Source: Octopus vulgaris (taxonomy: Eukaryota). From it: a DNA stretch of 64,000 nt. Shown here piece by piece: positions 1-11,866 of the stretch (positions within the stretch are counted from its first letter, which is position 1; every line of letters starts with the position of its first letter). Below the pieces are notes generated by a model that saw only the letters and a list, made by a program, of their open reading frames with translations, ran no database searches and was not told the origin of the DNA. The DNA lies in the NCBI GenBank assembly GCA_951406725.2, contig OX597826.1, positions 4,650,001 to 4,714,000 of the forward strand, in the 5' to 3' direction. The position numbers and the translations under genes are program-made.

Positions 1-294
1 CTGAAAACCTTGCTAGTGAAGTTTCACCTGATTTGAATTAGTTTTCGAGCGAGGCAGTTATACATTTCCTTGCTTCATACGCAATACCATAGACAGAATT
101 TCAGCTTCATAAAATTCTCTGCGTGCCCGTGTTTGTTTGTTTGTTTTCCGGCCTATTATGAACATTTATGAACAGAACTAATCTGAGCGTAACTGCAGAA
201 GCCCTATAGTTGCAAATGAAGATAGAAGCAAGTAAGAGTTATAACACCAGAGTGTTTTGTTTCTTTTGCCAATTCCGAAATCCACTCTTGTTGG

Positions 295-376
295 ATTCTT
301 TGTAAGCCTAGTACTTATTCCATCGGTCTCCGTTGCCAAACCGCTAAGTTACGGGGACGTAAACACACCAGCAACG
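295..376 (-). mobile_element. Internal fragment of SINE family A
   Basis: attctttgtaagcctagtacttattc...gctaagttacggggacgtaaacacaccagca matches the full copy at 51820-52238. Confidence 0.85.
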
Positions 377-573
377 AAATCCATTTACAGTCCATTATAA
401 AAGGGTTTTTAACCCGAAATAGCAGAACTAATTAAATATTTCTGTTATAATTTGATCATTATTAATGTTTCATTTAATATTTAATACTTTATCTTCGTTA
501 TCCTTGTCTTCTATATCACGCTCATTTTATGTGTGTGTGTGATTGTTGGTTTGTTTTTGTGTGTCTGAGTCTC

Positions 574-620
<47 letters not shown>

Positions 621-1755
621 CCCTATGACATTGTATAAGTACATTTATCCTGAGAACCTCGAGAGCACCTCGACACTAAAAGCAACTGATAACGTTTGCA
701 CGGGAAGTTGAGTTGACGAGACAGGGCAAAAACAATTTGTCTACACATCACCCTACCCGTTTACTACCATCATCGTTGTCGGCAGCGTTGTTGTTTTCTG
801 TTATATTTGTTGCTGTTATATTCTGCTGAAGTTAACGGGAAACTAGTCCAGTAGTAACCAAAAAAGAAAAAAAAAAGAGAAAGAAAAAAAACATAGGTAA
901 AAACAAACAGTACGAAACAACTGCAAAAACAAAAATTAAAAAAAAAAGGCCACTTGTCAGTAACACCACCTTCCGTTTGCAAGAGTAAAGAATCATTAAT
1001 GCTTGACAGGGAGCCATTTTGTATGTTGTTGCTGTTGTTGATATTGCATTTGTTTTTGTTTTTGTTATTATTGCTGCGTTCGAGAGATGTTTAGGTTGTG
1101 GTAGTTACGTGTCTCTATATGTATGCGTAGATGTATACTTGCTTGTGAGTACATGCATGCATGTATGTATATATATATATATATATGTATGTATATGTGT
1201 GTCTGTATGCATATATGTAGGCTTATGTGCGTGTGAAGCGAGATGGCGTGTGTTGGTGTTGCTAAAATTGTTAAAACAGCCTGATGGGAAAAACAGAAGT
1301 TTTTTGACAGGGAGTTCGGGCGAGAAAAAGCTTACTAAGGTACGCCGGATTCGGCTCGTGTCAGGCTTGGATTAATTTCTTCCGTTTCGAAAGAGTGGCT
1401 TTGCATGTGATCACGAGTTAGACAGTGCTGAATTGGCTGTTTTGGGAAGAACGATAACTCCTGGGAATTAAACAGACAAAAAAAAAAAAAAGAAGAAGAG
1501 GAAGGAAAAAATACAAAGAAATAAGGCAAACGAAGAATTGGGCAATTTATACTTCATGGCTTGCCAGAAATAGAAACCATATGTCCCTCAAATTACCAAT
1601 GGCAAAAGTGACAGATAAAATAAATACCAACTTTAAAGATGAAGTCCTGGGATAGATGCTCTAGCTTGGCCTGTATTGATTATTACAAATAAAAGAATAG
1701 GTAGGCAGACAGACAGACAGAGAGAATTATGTCATCGCTAAATGGAAGAGACTGA

Positions 1756-1952
1756 TACTCTTTTACTCTTTTACTTGTTTCAGTCATTTGACTGTGGCCA
1801 TGCTGGAGCGCCGCCTTTAGTCGAGCAAATCGACCCCAGGACTTTAGTACTTATTCTATCAGTCTGTTTTGCCGAACTGCTAAGTTACGGGGGGCGTAAA
1901 CACACCAGCATCGGTTGTCAAGCAATGTTAGGGGACAAACACAGACACACAA

Positions 1953-2019
<67 letters not shown>

Positions 2020-2197
2020 TATATATATACATATATACGACGGGCTTCTTTCAGATTCCGTCTACCAAACCCACTCGCAAGGCTTTGGTCTCGGCCCAAG
2101 GCTATAGTAGAAGACACTTGTCCAAAATGCCACGCAGTCGGACTGAAACCGGAGCCATGTGGTTGGTGAGCAAGCTACTTACCACAGAGCCACTCCT
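1756..2197 (-). mobile_element. SINE family A, near full length (tRNA head, CORE-like segment, internal (CA)n/(TA)n, (AAAGAGT)n tail)
   Basis: Reverse complement of the 3814-4209 and 44440-44859 copies; small internal deletion; possible 6-bp TSD ACTGAT at 1751-1756 and 2198-2203. Confidence 0.93.
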
Positions 2198-2861
2198 ACT
2201 GATGTTTATCATTTTGTTGCTACATCGTTGTGGCTAGAAAAAGAATTATCAACCAACCGGAAGTTTAAATCTTCTGATATGTTTTCGGGAATGACAGCAT
2301 ACCCTCTTTATCTGCCCACAGAGACATAGCTTATAAATCAACTATTATGGAGGTCTTAAATAAAACGGAGCGACCGATGTACCGAGTTTATCACCATGTT
2401 AATTATCGAATTCAATTAATAAGTTACTTTCGCATGAATAAGGATTTGTTTTAGTGCTGCACTGTACTACAGAAATTTGTACCGTTGACCCCTCCTTTCT
2501 TCTAGCCACGAATATTTACATAACGTCAATATGTTTACACCTATCAATTATATACTGCATTAACTAAAATCTATAGACATGCTCTGTAGTACTGTGTTAC
2601 CTTCAACGGATCAGTGATTTATTGATATAACATATATGTATGGCTAAATTATATTCAATTATAATATTTGCTACGTTTATATATTATTCATGTATCTATT
2701 TGTATATGGAGGTATGTGTGAAGGCGGATTTTATAATAGCAATATGCTTTATGCTACTCAGCGAATTCATTTCCAAATCTAGCTGGTAAATGTTAAGGGA
2801 CTCGGGAATATGCAACGGAGGACTTCCCTAATACTTTGAAATTATCTATCTATTTGCCAAT

Positions 2862-2874
2862 ATCTATCTGTATG

Positions 2875-2956
<82 letters not shown>
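2862..2956. repeat. (TATC)n microsatellite
   Basis: Direct reading. Confidence 0.95.
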
Positions 2957-2957
<1 letters not shown>

Positions 2958-3721
2958 GTCTGTCTATCTCTCAATCTACCTCCCAATCTTTCCATCTCTC
3001 TGTTACATACACACGCACATGTGCGCGTGTGTGTGTGTGTGAATACACAAACACTTATACACACATGTATGCTTACAATTATGCTTACGTATTTGTTTAT
3101 GAAAATGAGGGCTTATATACCTGTATGTATATGTTCGATTTTCATATATTGACATATATTCGCAGCGTTTCGATCGCATTTTAATTTGCCACACATGAAT
3201 TGTTTTACGATAAAATACACGAGCATGTACATGTATGTGTATGTATGTATGTGCGTGTGTATTTGTGTGCGTTTATGCATAGACCTTCACAACATCATAG
3301 GCAAACTTGGCGAATCTATGCTATTACGAGTCCAAATTGAAGGAAACATTTTCGCTTGCAATCTGTTCAAATAGCTCAACATCAAAGCTCATTGAAAAGA
3401 TAAGAATCACTGAACCAGCGGTGCGGAACGTAAACGCGTGAAATATTCACAAGTTTAAAGCTTACAGAAAGATTTGACGAAGTGTGGCTTGGCATCGTTA
3501 TCACACGTATTTACTTAATACATGATGTAAATATATAAATAAGTAATCTTTACCTGTTTTATTCTATACTATGACCAGGATAACATCACGTAGATGAAGG
3601 TGAAACATCACCACAAGCGACTATTAGCAGTTAGATATTTATAAGCAAATTAATTCTATTTGTGTAAATATGCATGCATCAACACAGGGATAGACATATA
3701 CGCCTATACTTATAGATAATC

Positions 3722-4255
3722 TACTAGAAATAGCAGCACAGTGGCCTTCCATTAACACGCACTTTACAGTGTTTTAAGAAGTAAAAGGAAGACACTTAGG
3801 ACAAAGGATTTTTAGGCGCAGGAGTGGCTGTGTGGTAAGTAGCTTGCTTACCAACCATATGGTTCCGGGTTCATTCCCACTGCATGGCACCTTGGACAAG
3901 TGTCTACTATAGTCACAGGCCGATCAAAGCCTTGTGAGTGAATTTGGTTGACAGAAACTGAAGGAAGCTCATCGTATATATGTATATATGTATGTGTGTG
4001 TATATGTTTGTGTGTCTGTGTTTGCCTCCCCCCCCCCACATAGCTTGACAACCGATGCTGGTGTGGTTAGCGGTTCGGCAAAAAAGACCGATAGAATAAG
4101 TGCTAGGCTTACAAAGAATAAGTCCTGGGGTCGATTTGCTCGACTAAAGGCGGTGCTCCAGCATGGCCGCAGTCAAATGACTGAAACAAGTAAAAGAGTA
4201 AAAAGAGTAGGTGCTATATCTGGAAATGAGAAGTTTTAGTCATGGCTAGAAATGG
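3722..4255 (+). mobile_element. Old dispersed repeat (family I), split by a SINE A insertion
   Basis: ctagaaatagcagc...gacacttaggaca | tatatctggaaa...gtcatggctagaa aligns by eye with the uninterrupted copy at 62480-62670. Confidence 0.55.
3814..4209 (+). mobile_element. SINE family A, full length
   Basis: aggcgcaggagTGGCTGTGTGGT (A-box-like), GGTTCATTCC (B-box-like), ccttggacaagtg (CORE-like), tail taaaagagtaaaaagagta. Confidence 0.93.
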
Positions 4256-4289
4256 ATGACCGCTGCTAGTCGAAGCAACAAAGGGAAAG

Positions 4290-4465
4290 GGGTCTCTTGT
4301 ATTGCTGCTACGCGAAGGACTAAATCTCCTCAAATTACACTTTAAATTACTGCTTTAAAATAAGAAAAGATAAATTTTTTTTTTAAAAACCAGAAGACAG
4401 GACGGTCATGGTTGGAATGATTTAATCAGATTCATTTGATCTGAAAATAAACAATAACAGTAACA
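4290..4465 (+). mobile_element. Old dispersed repeat (family I), degraded
   Basis: aaatctcctcaaattac...gacaggacggtcatggttggaatg...(CAA)-like tail; motifs recur near 1565, 22285, 39745 and 62480. Confidence 0.5.
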
Positions 4466-4469
4466 TTAA

Positions 4470-4570
4470 GTGCCGGATCGACTCCAGTACAGGTCAGGTA
4501 CTTTTTTCATTGACTGTGAAAATTTGAAAAACAAAGATATCCTCGGCCGTATTTGAACTCTGCGCAGAGT
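4470..4570 (-). mobile_element. Degraded SINE family B fragment
   Basis: atcgactccagtac...ggtactttt...cctcggccgtatttgaactc resembles 13709-13932. Confidence 0.5.
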
Positions 4571-4668
4571 TGGAATGATTGTTGCAAAGCATTCTGTTTA
4601 AGATTCTAATACCTTTGCCAAATGACCGCTCCAGACACACACAAACACACAAACACACGCTCACACGT

Positions 4669-4761
<93 letters not shown>

Positions 4762-4769
4762 TACGTATA

Positions 4770-4955
4770 ATGTTGTTGTTGGTGTTTACCCCTAGGTAGG
4801 CTTGACTGTGCAACCTTTATGATGAAAGACATTTCAGCAGATGAAAAATGGCCTCCATTATACAACATTGTTTTCCAATTTTTATCTGCGCGAGGAGATT
4901 TCGCTTCTATTTCTAATAGGTCTAGCGACCAGGTAGGGGCTCCATCATTGGTTCG
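4770..4955 (-). mobile_element. Old dispersed repeat (family I), degraded
   Basis: (TGT)n tail followed by ggagatttcgcttctatttctaataggtc, the reverse complement of the family I motif. Confidence 0.45.
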
Positions 4956-5509
4956 ATATAAATAGGTGTTCCTTTGATGTACGTTTTGATCAATTCTGAA
5001 CATAGACAATTTATAGAAATATGATTATATACCACTACTCACCGTGTTTGAAGTACTCTAGGGTTAATACACATTATTTGGTAGTAATGGATAATTGACT
5101 AATGAATATAGATAATTGGTTAATTGAATAAGTCGAAATGTAAAAGCATTATAATTATCATAATGACACAAAGAAAAACGATAAGTTTAAATAAGCAAGT
5201 AAATTATCATATCAATATACGCTTGCGCGAATCGGCACAGGCACACCCATATATAAACATAACACACACACACACACACACACAAGCACAAACACACACA
5301 CAAGCACATGCGCGTGCGCACAAACCACTCATATTTACATAACCTCTATATCTTATGGATAAACAAAAAATTGAGACCGTCATAGTTTGAAATTTTGTTT
5401 GGAGGTTTTGTTCCATCAGAGATTTCCAACGAAGCTAACTTTTCTCTGTGCCGTCTCTTGAATCCTGCATTAAATAACTCTTGCCCCAACATTCTTTCCT
5501 ATATGGTTA

Positions 5510-5830
5510 GATCTCTAGAGGAAGGTGTGTACTGATGGCCTTCGTAGATCGTTTGATACTGGGGAGATTTATGCCATTAACACTTTGTTGAAACTGTTGG
5601 AAGTCATGTACTGGTAGAGAATTCCAGAGGAGCGAAATCCCAGAGTAAGCAAGCACTGACCATATGGCTGGCGTGAGGCGTCGAGTGATGATAAACGGAG
5701 AGACGAGTGAGACAAGTATGTTCGAGTAGAGCAACGATCGCAGTAATAACGATAGGAAATACGTATAGAGAGGCAGGGTATTTCTAGGACAGAGTTTGGC
5801 ATGTGTTGGTGAGCGATTTCTGAAAATCAA
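5510..5830 (-). pseudogene. Fossil 3' fragment of a CR1/Jockey-group LINE ORF2
   Basis: Two minus frames give SYRYYCDRCS and SLLWNSLP...FQQSVN, resembling the FYRYYxxxCS and LWNxLP...FKxxVN C-terminal motifs of CR1/Jockey-like ORF2; frameshifted. Confidence 0.6.
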
Positions 5831-5982
5831 TCCAGTGGTCCTTCCATGGATTTTGGTCAGCTATGTTTGTGTATGCAGGAATAGCACAACCCTAGTAATG
5901 GAAGCAGAACATCATTGCGAGTTTCTTAAATTTTGTAGATGTTTAGTACTTGATAGGTATATACTGGTGCATTGTTGTACCA

Positions 5983-6037
<55 letters not shown>

Positions 6038-6039
<2 letters not shown>

Positions 6040-6165
6040 ATGATAATATTAGGGAATATAATTCCGAACTTACAGGGAAAAATTCAAATTAGTATTAAAT
6101 CAAATTTCACAATATAAATATATAATATATATTGTTTGAGTTGCATAATAGTGGTTTTTCTCTAA

Positions 6166-6170
<5 letters not shown>
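6038..6170. mobile_element. Family D terminal fragment in (TA)n with an internally inverted segment (putative Penelope-like end)
   Basis: Similar to 41001-41140; 6131-6168 is inverted relative to the rest and resembles 34966-35003. Confidence 0.7.
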
Positions 6171-6253
<83 letters not shown>

Positions 6254-6610
6254 CATATATGCATACGTAAAAATAAATTCGAATATGAAAGAGAAGCCGT
6301 GCTAGAGTAACAAACATTATACATTAAGTATATGTAGTAGATTATATATGACGACCAGAAACAGACAATAACAACAACGTCTAATTTTGTTAGAAAATAT
6401 TGTAACGACATCTTATGTAGTTAGCAAAGCAGAGACACAGGAGCAGCAGGGAAAATTGACTACATTGAGCACAGCAATTGGTTAATGATGTTAGAATATT
6501 GTAAGTCAGAGACAACCACTGTGAGGTTCTTTCTTTACAGAAAACGTAAAATGTAAGTACATAAAAGTTTCAAAGTTTACCTCAAGATCAGCAAATGTTA
6601 TTGGTAGATA

Positions 6611-6762
6611 GTACGTCGACTGGTGCTTATTTTATCGACCCCAAAACGAATGAAAGATAATGTCGACCTCGGCAGGATTTGAGCTCAGTACATAAAGAAT
6701 TGGGAAAAATGGCACTAAGCATTTTGCCTGGCGTGCTAACGATTCTGCCAGATCGCCGCCTT
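6611..6762 (-). mobile_element. SINE family B (tRNA head plus Nin/Deu-like domain)
   Basis: Reverse complement reads aaggcggcgatctggcagaatcgttagcacgccagg...gaggtcgac...ggggtcgataaaataag, matching 53979-54205. Confidence 0.88.
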
Positions 6763-6970
6763 GATTTCTGAATTAGGCACAAAGCCAGCAATTTTTGAGT
6801 GGAGCGTATGAATCATAAACATTCAACTCTAGTACACGTATCCGGCTGGTACTTTATTTTATCAAGGCCCGAATGGGTGAAATCAAAGTTGACCTTGATT
6901 TCATATAAACTCAGAACGTAAAGAGCCGGAAGAAATAAAGCAAAGCATTTTGTCCGACTGTGTAATGCTC
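6763..6970 (-). mobile_element. SINE family B, older degraded copy in tandem with the previous one
   Basis: ggcacaaagccagcaattt...ctggtactttattttatc...ctcagaacgtaaagagccggaagaaat...agcattttgtccg. Confidence 0.7.
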
Positions 6971-7679
6971 TATCACTTCCCCAAACCCACTGTCCTCACA
7001 TATTATAAATAACTGAAACTTGATGTATAATGATCTTATAATTCTTCTTCCTATCCTATCACCTCATCCATCACCATATTTTCACTTACCTTCCCCGTTC
7101 TGTTTGTCAATTCCTCATCCATGTCTTCTCTCAGCACACAACACTTTTTCCTCTTGACCTTTGCTGAACCCGTTGTGAACAATATTGCAACTTACACGAA
7201 TATTATGAAGACATTTTCTTTCTTTACATATCTAGGACAAATTATGAGTGTAGAGGCGCGAGTGCTCGCACACACACGAACACATACAAGCGCACACACA
7301 CACAAACAGACACACACACACACAAACAGACACACACATATATATATGCACATAGACGCACATTCACGGACACACACAAGGGCATACACATACATGTGCA
7401 CTCACACACACACATGCTGACGCACATAGTGCCATGAAAGGCGTTACATGACAAACTTGCAGTTTCAATAAAATAAAAACATATACTCTACAGCATATAT
7501 TGAGCACTCCTTTGTCATTAGTTTGAGATAAAGCACGCATGTGTACACACACACACACACATACACAAATACGCACTCACATTCACGTGCACGTTGCCGT
7601 CATACAGTTTACTGGTGTACACTAATAATATGAGATTAATAATATAACTACTGACTTCGTTATGACTGACTAAAGAGCC

Positions 7680-7750
7680 TTGAAGTTGTTGCCCCAGCAT
7701 GACCGTCGCCCGGTGACTGACACGAGTAGAATATTAAAGTAGTAAAAGTA
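7680..7750 (+). mobile_element. SINE family A 3' tail fragment
   Basis: gccccagcatgaccg...tgactgacacgagta matches the family A 3' end. Confidence 0.55.
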
Positions 7751-8119
7751 TATACAAGTGAGGGTTACACAGAGCGAATGTTAACAATCAGGCTACACAA
7801 TGGAGTTATAAAGCCTCAATTCTGTTCTGCGAAATCGACCACGCCTTCTTCATATTAAAACTTCCAGAACAACATAATACCAGGGTAAGAGAACAATGCT
7901 CTGCAGGCGGTTAGAGTTCGGGTATGTAGATAGATGTGTCACCTTTCCTTTACCATCATCATCATCATCTCGTAAATGGTATAGCATGTGTGGATGTATG
8001 TGTGTGGATGCATTATTAACAATTTTGTCATATTCCCCTACGATACTAGGTATTGAAACAGTATCTCTTTGGATGGAACCATCCCTTCACGGGGTTAACA
8101 TACCCCCTAATTTTAAATT

Positions 8120-8162
<43 letters not shown>

Positions 8163-10184
8163 ATAAAATTCTCTTTGAGTGCCACTGTCTTGTGGTGGAA
8201 ATATATGTACGTTTGTATGGGGAATCTAAATGCAAGGGCCTTTTTTTAACACATACCCACACACACGGTTACACAAACAGACACGCGCAGACACACCCAT
8301 CCAGCAATACGTGTATGACCTTGTGTGCATGTGTGTGTGAGCGTGTGTGTAATATGTGGAGAGAGAACTGGTATTCATTCTATCAGGATTGTCACCTTTT
8401 TCCCGCCTACAACCAGAGGGTTACTGTACAGCCTACGCTGTGTGTGTATGTAAGATTCTGTGTGGTGCGAACGTGTATAGATTGTTAAGAAGTGTGCTTG
8501 CATGCTCGGGTGCGTGCGTGGGAGTATCCGTGCACACTTGGCGGGGTACATCACTTATTGTTCTTTGCGAGTTTTAATAGCTTCAGCTGCCGAATTCTAT
8601 CCTGTCGAAACGAAATGAACTGAACCTAGCGTGAGTGAGTACGTACGTACGTATGTATGTATGTATGTACACATGTATGTATGTACGTACATATATATAT
8701 ATATTTATATGTAGTGTGTGTGTTTGTGCATTTGTATATGTGTATATCGTAGTATATATTTCCAATGCGAATTAACAAAAGCTATCTATGCAATGTTTAG
8801 ACATGCTTATAATGACCGTGAGGAGAAAAAATTGGGAGTAGAATTAAATGAAGACAATACTAATACTACTACTACTAATACTAATAATAATAATAATAAT
8901 AATAATAACAACAACAAGAGTGACAATAACAACAGGGGTTAAATTATTTGAAATCGTGTGAATATGTGTGTGTTTGTGAGTGTGTATGTATGTGTGTGTG
9001 TGTGTGTTTGTGAGTGTGTGTGTGTGTGTGTGTACATACACAGGTTTTCCAATAAAGTTCATAAGAAAAAAAGTAGAAGTGAAGTACTCATTCGTCCTAT
9101 TCAAAATACATGAGATAAAGAAGTAAATAAAAAGCGAAATGGAAATAATTTAAATTCATTGTTAAGACTAGGGTACAGAATTGAGTAGCACTCTGGGTGG
9201 ATGACAACCTATTTTAATTTTATATGCATTTGTGTATTTGTATTATCCTTTTCTTGTAGTTTTATGTATATTTCTATCATATAATTTTGTATTTTCTTTT
9301 CCTCAAGGTTTACCGTTTTTTTTTATATATTCAAGTGCATTTGAAGGACTTGTCAAATTATATTCTATAAGCCTGTATGTGTGTGCCTGTGAGTATGGTT
9401 GGGTGTGTTGCTGAGATAGTTGTTAAGGACATGCTCGCGGTGTAGCTGTGGCGGCGGGTCGGGAAGTGAAAGGGCATGTGTTTTTGTTGTTGAAATGTAT
9501 TTATATTATGTCTGAGCGTTTTTGTAGCTTTATGTGCTTGAGTATATATACATATGTATATATTTGTCAATGTCTCATGTATGCATTACATTCATGGAGC
9601 GATCTGCATACTAAATGTATGTGCACGTGAAAGAGAAGAGAGAGAGAGAGAGAAGGAGAGAAAAGAGAGAAGGAGTCTATGTCTGCACTGTGGTGTTTAT
9701 GGTTTCTCGTGTAATTTGGATTTCAGTTTAATGATGTCTATAATATTATTGATACTCTTTGGTATCTGTAACTGGCATGAAAGACCAGATCGTGTTTGGT
9801 TTGCATGTATATATAAATCATAACATACCACTGTGCATATTGTAATTGTTTGTATGTAATTTTGGTGGATGAAATTCGACTTCTTGCGTGTAAGTCATTC
9901 ACATTACTCTGTGTGTATGAGTGGCTTGTATTCATGTGTTTATATATATATATCTGTATTTGTGTGCGTGCGTGTGGTTGTGGTTGTGAGGGTGTGTGTA
10001 AAACTGACCCAAGGATAATCTATAAATATATATATTTTTTCATCTGTTCGTTTTAAACTGTCGTAGCGAAACATCCGTCGTTGGATAAAAGAGAGTAGAA
10101 TCATACACGCTAGAGTAATAAACACATAGAAACTTACTGTAATACGTATAAACCACACTCACACGCACGTACACACACATTCTG

Positions 10185-10230
<46 letters not shown>

Positions 10231-10511
10231 TATAAATATATATATAGATCGATAGATATGCAATATATACGGATATATATTATATATATATGTTATACAA
10301 TATATATATTTTTGCAACGTCTAAATATAATGTATATATATATATATATATACAATCACTCTATATATACACAATCTATATATATATATGCATATATCGC
10401 AAGATAAAGAGATTGAGAGAGAATAAAAACTGACGAATAGGCATACAAACACTAGGAGACAAGAAGAATGATGGTGTTAACGATTGAAATTCACACTTTG
10501 TTATAAAATGG

Positions 10512-10584
<73 letters not shown>

Positions 10585-11044
10585 CAGCCATTTTGTGCTT
10601 CATAGTTTGACATTTTGAATCCATGATAGTAACAAAAATACCAAATTGAAAATTAAGTATTTTGAAACACATATTGAAAATTGTGTGTGAATTGTGCATT
10701 AATTTCTGCTTTGTAGTAAAATACGCTCAGGCACACATATAAGTATTTGTATGTGTTTTTCAGTGTTGCTTTTTCTGTGTTTATTCTTGTTTTTTTTTAA
10801 CAAAAAATGTAGCCTCGAAGTTGTTTTCTATTGATTCACATATTCAGCCAGTGCATATTTTATTAACTTATGCTGTCACTGAAAATGTTTAAATAAAACA
10901 CATAGAAACGTAGACAAAATATGAACGGTTCAAACAGTACAATTTGTATTAAACTGGAAACCGTAAGCCAGAGAAACATAAGAGTAAACTAAAGCTATTC
11001 GATACTCAAATAATACGCGTCTATTGATTCCAACCTATGATGGT

Positions 11045-11334
11045 GGAGACACGTGGCCTCGTGGTTAGAGCAGCGGTCTCGCGGTCGAGGGATCGCGGGT
11101 TCGAATCGCAGACCGGCCGATGTGTGTGTTTATGAGCGAAAACACCTAAACTCCACGCGACTCCGGTAGAAGGTAATGGCGAACTTCTGCTGACTCTTTC
11201 GCCACTCATTCCTCCTGTATCTTGCAGCTCATCTGCGACGGACCGGCGTCCCGTCCAGGTGGGGAACCTATACGCCAAGAAACCGGGAAACTGGCCCTTA
11301 TGAGCCAGGCATGGCTCGAGAAGGAACAAACAAA
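11045..11334 (+). mobile_element. Intact-looking tRNA-derived SINE (family F) with a 13-bp TSD
   Basis: A box TGGCCTCGTGG, B box GGTTCGAATC, central ctgcgacggaccggcgtcccgtccagg (V/Meta-domain-like), 3' hairpin GAGCCA-ggca-TGGCTC, (AACA)n tail; TSD AACCTATGATGGT at 11032-11044 and 11335-11347. Confidence 0.93.
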
Positions 11335-11474
11335 AACCTATGATGGTATTAAAGCACTTTGAGAGATTGCATTTCTCAAGAGGCTTCTCGCGCTCGAATT
11401 TTTGAGTCAGTGGAAATACAAAACCAATACGATTTAGACAGAAATGATTTGGTGGTCAAGGTAGAAGCTTTATT

Positions 11475-11866
11475 ACTGACTTGTACTTGTGACGGCATTC
11501 ACCCAGGGTGGGTCGAGCCGGCTTCTTCTCTGGTCTTGACGGCATCACGAACCATGGTGGCCCACGCTCGACGGTCCTATGCGAGGTCACTGGAGACAGC
11601 GAGCAATTCGCAGTTCCATCTGCGCAGACCGACCACCTGCGGACCTGATAGTTCGGAGAGGTCGTCCTTTATCGTCATTGCCCAGGTCTTCAGCTGCCCG
11701 CCCGTGCGTTTGCGCCAGCTGGGAAGTGGAGGTGGGAGGAGGACTTTGCGAATCAGCTCACCCTCTGGACACCGGGCCGCATGACCGAGCTACCTTCAAC
11801 GTCGGTGTAGAAGCACCGAAGAGAGAGGCCGGAGATTCAGACGATGACGAAGACCGAAAGACCGAA
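11475..11866 (-). mobile_element. 5'-truncated RTE-clade LINE (ORF C-terminus plus short 3' UTR) with a 12-bp TSD
   Basis: Minus frame: HRR*R*LGHAARCPEGELIRKVLLPPPLPSWRKRTGGQLKTWAMTIKDDLSELSGPQVVGLRRWN...DLA*DRRAWATMVRDAV; final stop at 11499-11501; (ACAAGT)2 tail; TSD AGAAGCTTTATT at 11463-11474 and 11867-11878. Confidence 0.92.

Noticed and set aside
683-715. CAA-CTGATAA-CGT-ttgc-ACG-GGAA hammerhead-like word
   Set aside because: Two core changes and no NUH/stem III; could be chance
1742-2169. Recurrent peptides such as DGLLSVS...IVEDTCPRCHAVGLNPEPCGW in several ORFs
   Set aside because: Antisense translations of SINE family A, not a gene family
8035-8065. CCTACGA-tac-tag-gta-tt-GAAA-CAGTA near (TA)n
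   Set aside because: No stem I partner and a mismatched core
11045-11116. Possible tRNA gene
   Set aside because: No full acceptor stem or oligo-T terminator; it continues into a SINE body bounded by TSDs
11297-11323. CTTATGA-GCCA-ggca-TGGC-TCGAGAA as a hammerhead
   Set aside because: Core mismatched, no GAAA or stems I/III; better explained as the SINE 3' stem-loop
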